Under the pieces are notes generated by a model that saw only the letters and a program-made list of their open reading frames with translations, searched no databases and was not told the origin of the DNA. From contig JBIJBE010000044.1 in assembly GCA_044345405.1 (NCBI GenBank), forward strand, positions 1 through 28,643: a stretch of DNA of 28,643 bases. Direction: 5' to 3'. The number at the start of each line of letters is the position of its first letter. Positions within the stretch are counted from its first letter, which is position 1. This DNA comes from Bdellovibrionota bacterium. GTDB lineage: Bacteria > Bdellovibrionota_C > UBA2361 > OMII01. Below are positions 25,580 through 28,643 of the stretch, in pieces. The position numbers and the translations under genes were made by a program.

Positions 25580-28500
25580 ATGAAAAGCGCGCTTGGCCCC
25601 ACCGGGCCACCAGATCCAGTAGCCTTGATTACTGGGTTCCTAGCCCACCTATCAAGGCGTTACCTCATCGCATTCGCGGTGCTAGGGGTAGTGTATCTGC
25701 TGTTTGCCTCACACATCACCACGCATAAGGAGCAGGATGGATACGACGGTACTCGTGTATCTATCGATCGACACATCGAAGAGTCTTCCCAGACTCTCGC
25801 GTCAGATCACGTTCGTGCCTCCATGCGGAGATCGAGTGAGGTCCGCGAAAGGCTAGACGTTCCTACAGGCCCAGAGTCTCCGGGCCTGCCTCTTGAGACT
25901 CGAAAAGAGTCGTACGCCCCTCAATTCATTACTCGTGCGAACAAGCACGAGTACACGTTCGCGAACGCGCGACACAACTTTGTGTCACGCGTTGAGCAGA
26001 ACGGATGGACGGTCGGGCCCAAGGGCAGCCAGGTAGATCCAAAGGGAGAGAAAGATCCAAAGCTTCTCGACGGTCGCGTGCCCGAACTCGATCAAGAGAA
26101 CATTGGCTCTCATGGATGGACGTGGAGATATACCCTGCTTTCGTTGGTGCGGGGTTCGTCGGTTCATGAGCTTGTACCTATGGGCGTTAGCGACACCGCA
26201 GGGATTATCGTTCTTAGCTATGCTTCAGGAGTCAAGCAATGGCTACACAATAGTCCGAAGGGAATTGAGCAGGGATTTGTTCTTCCTGTCCAGCCTTTGC
26301 CAGAGGCCGCGGGTAGTTTGGTGCTTCGCGGGGTTGTTGAGACCTCGTTGACGCCGACGTCGTTGGGAACAGATCGAGTTGTGTTTAAGAATGCGGATGG
26401 ATCAGCGTTGCGGTACTCTGATCTTTGCGTGGTTGACGCTGCGGGAGTGGCGATTCCGAGCTTCATAAAACCTCGGGTGGATGATAAAGGTGTAATCATT
26501 GATATCCATATCAATGATTCTAACGCTGTCTATCCGCTGACAGTCGATCCACTCTTAGCAAGTGACACCACGGGTATCGATTCGCTTGTAGGGTTACCTG
26601 GTGAGAGCTCTGCGTCCTCCCCGGGCCTCTATGCGGCAAATGCTGGAGGGGGTGACGGAGATATGATCTCTGTTCAAAACGTTCAGAGTATCACCGAGGT
26701 TATAAGTACCTCCGGATCAGGAACGTGGACAGCGCAGCACACTCCGATTAACAACCTCATTACTGTTCACCTCATCGGTGGAGGTGGTGCCGGCGCCCGA
26801 GGATTGAGCAATAGACCTGGAGCTGGTGGCAAAGGAGGCGGCGGAGGTGAGTATCGCGTTATCACAGGGGTAACGTACTCAGCAGGCATGTCCTATTCCG
26901 TTGGCGCCGGAGGTGTGGGCGGGTCCAGTCCCACTGGCGGTGGTGACACCACCTTTGTCTCAGGAGCAACGACGTATCGCGCCAAGGGCGGCGCCGCGGC
27001 GACCAGCCAGACCGCAGGAGGAACCGGGGGAACAGGCGGAACCGGCGGAACTGGTTATAATGGAGGCACTGGCGCCAACGGGGCCGCAACCTCAGGACAG
27101 GATGGAGGCAACGGCGGTGGTGGCGGTGGCGCAGCTGGCCCATCAGCGGTTGGTTCAAATGGAGCTATATCAACTGGCGGAGCGGGGGGAGGAACTAACG
27201 GTGGAAGTGGGGGAACTCTCAATAACGCAGGCGGAGCCGGAAGCTACTGGACCGTAAACAGTCTCAACTATGGCGCTGGGGGCGGCGGCGGAGGAGGCAA
27301 TAAAGGTATAGACTCAACACAAACGTCAGCCCTCGTTGGAAAAGCTGGCGGAGCCTACGGCGCTGGCGGCGGCGGTGGTGGCGGTGGCCCAAACGATTCT
27401 AGTGTTCAAACCGGAGCCAATGGAGGTAATGGAGGCTCTGGCTTAATCGTTATTACCTACGATTATGTGGCGGCTACCGCGACGCCAACATCTACCCCGT
27501 CGTTTACCCCGACAGCGACCGCAACAAGCACGCCAACCGCGACTCCTACAACCACGCCAACCGAGACATCTACTAACACACCTACAATTACACCGACCGA
27601 TACTCCCACGGGGACTCCAACTGGGACACCCAGCGTCACTCCAACTAGTACATCGACTGAGACTCCCACGGCAACGCCAACGGTCTCGCCCACGACTACT
27701 CCCACTGACACTCCCACTCAGACACCAACGGTAACCCCCACAACCACACCAACGAAAACACCAACTGATACTCCAACGGAGACGCCAACCATTACACCAA
27801 CTGCGACACCGACAGAGACCCCGACAAATACTCCGACTGAGACGCCAACGAATACTCCGACGGAAACACCTACCCACACCCCGACGGTGACTCCGACGAC
27901 TACGCCAACAACTACACCGACTGAGACGCCGACTAGTACTCCAACGGAGACACCTACCCACACCCCGACGGAGACTCCGACTACTACGCCAACAGAAACC
28001 CCGACAAATACTCCGACTGAGACGCCGACTAATACTCCAACGGAGACACCTACCCACACCCCGACGGAGACTCCGACGACTACGCCAACGACTACACCGA
28101 CCGAGACACCGACTACTACGCCAACAGAAACCCCGACCAGTACACCAACTGAGACGCCAACGAATACTCCGACGGAAACACCAACTGATACTCCAACGGA
28201 GACACCTACCCACACCCCGACGGAGACTCCGACGACTACACCAACAGAGACCCCCACCAGTACACCGACTGAGACCCCAACCAATACGCCGACTGAAACT
28301 CCGACGAGCACTCCGACAAATACTCCGACGACTACACCGACCCAGACACCAACTACTACACCGACTGAGACCCCAACTAATACGCCGACAGAAACTCCGA
28401 CTGAGACGCCAACGACCACCCCGACGGAAACACCCACTGATACTCCAACGGAGACACCTACCCACTCGCCGACGGTGACTCCGACGTCTACGCCAACGAC

Positions 28501-28643
28501 AACACCGACGGAGACGCCGACAAATACTCCGACGGAAACACCAACTGATACTCCAACGGAGACACCTACCCGCACCCCGACGGAGACTCCGACGACTACG
28601 CCAACAGAGACCCCGACCAGTACACCGACTGAGACTCCAACCA
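25580..28643 (+). CDS. Large surface protein (>1021 aa, 3'-partial, absent from the ORF track): N-terminal TM/signal, YPLTVDP-ending beta domain, Gly-rich domain, Pro/Thr stalk
   Basis: Translated by hand from the ATG at 25580 through the Gly-rich domain with no stop; the same frame reads TPTETPT at the window end. Sequence: MKSALGP...[16 protein letters not shown]...[16 protein letters not shown]...LRYSDL.VVDAAG...AVYPLTVDP...[10 protein letters not shown]...[10 protein letters not shown]...(TPTE)n. Confidence 0.9.
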   Translation, partial: MKSALGPTGPPDPVALITGFLAHLSRRYLIAFAVLGVVYLLFASHITTHKEQDGYDGTRVSIDRHIEESSQTLASDHVRASMRRSSEVRERLDVPTGPESPGLPLETRKESYAPQFITRANKHEYTFANARHNFVSRVEQNGWTVGPKGSQVDPKGEKDPKLLDGRVPELDQENIGSHGWTWRYTLLSLVRGSSVHELVPMGVSDTAGIIVLSYASGVKQWLHNSPKGIEQGFVLPVQPLPEAAGSLVLRGVVETSLTPTSLGTDRVVFKNADGSALRYSDLCVVDAAGVAIPSFIKPRVDDKGVIIDIHINDSNAVYPLTVDPLLASDTTGIDSLVGLPGESSASSPGLYAANAGGGDGDMISVQNVQSITEVISTSGSGTWTAQHTPINNLITVHLIGGGGAGARGLSNRPGAGGKGGGGGEYRVITGVTYSAGMSYSVGAGGVGGSSPTGGGDTTFVSGATTYRAKGGAAATSQTAGGTGGTGGTGGTGYNGGTGANGAATSGQDGGNGGGGGGAAGPSAVGSNGAISTGGAGGGTNGGSGGTLNNAGGAGSYWTVNSLNYGAGGGGGGGNKGIDSTQTSALVGKAGGAYGAGGGGGGGGPNDSSVQTGANGGNGGSGLIVITYDYVAATATPTSTPSFTPTATATSTPTATPTTTPTETSTNTPTITPTDTPTGTPTGTPSVTPTSTSTETPTATPTVSPTTTPTDTPTQTPTVTPTTTPTKTPTDTPTETPTITPTATPTETPTNTPTETPTNTPTETPTHTPTVTPTTTPTTTPTETPTSTPTETPTHTPTETPTTTPTETPTNTPTETPTNTPTETPTHTPTETPTTTPTTTPTETPTTTPTETPTSTPTETPTNTPTETPTDTPTETPTHTPTETPTTTPTETPTSTPTETPTNTPTETPTSTPTNTPTTTPTQTPTTTPTETPTNTPTETPTETPTTTPTETPTDTPTETPTHSPTVTPTSTPTTTPTETPTNTPTETPTDTPTETPTRTPTETPTTTPTETPTSTPTETPT
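27476..28643 (+). repeat. Coding 12-bp-period repeat encoding (T-P-T-x)n, ~390 aa, truncated by the window end
   Basis: Continuous acN ccN acN NNN pattern with synonymous third-position variation. Confidence 0.95.

Noticed and set aside
27443-28575. Minus-strand (VGVS)n and Arg/Cys/Trp-rich ORFs, and the other short ORFs from 26862 onward
   Set aside because: Mirror or alternative frames of the coding repeat; the continuous plus-strand frame from 25580 explains the region.

Overview
Bacterial chromosomal window from a diderm lineage with delta-proteobacterial or Bdellovibrionota-like gene style; the taxon cannot be fixed from sequence alone. The left half (1-13.5 kb) is housekeeping: an 84-bp tandem repeat array abutting the tmRNA gene (ssrA, minus strand), then smpB, nth, a DUF4239-like membrane protein, fabF, an Hda-like AAA+ protein, murA (Cys-to-Asp active-site type), an orphan needle-like small protein, prmC-prfA, a catalytically degenerate beta-lactamase-fold protein and groES-groEL. 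The right half (13.5-28.6 kb) is accessory. It starts with a ~1.2-kb cassette (nucleotidyltransferase/small-protein pair plus an IS91-like remnant) bracketed by a 44-bp duplication of the groEL terminator. A cluster of secreted or surface proteins follows: two ELWxxDGT-type proteins with Cys/Asp repeats and a similar basic C-terminal domain, a DUF6502-lipoprotein-M11 protease operon, and a >1000-aa Gly-rich/Pro-Thr-stalk protein that the ORF track missed and that runs off the window end. The strongest candidates for undescribed biology are: (i) a ~125-nt structured, terminator-ended RNA-like unit between smpB and ssrA that begins with an exact copy of the first 29 nt of tmRNA; (ii) a shared basic C-terminal domain on adjacent secreted proteins, possibly a sorting signal; (iii) a long structured groES leader ending in a terminator-like hairpin; and (iv) a hairpin repeat family with GUA/GAA internal loops downstream of both ssrA and groEL. 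All RNA folds and family assignments were made by eye and need computational confirmation.
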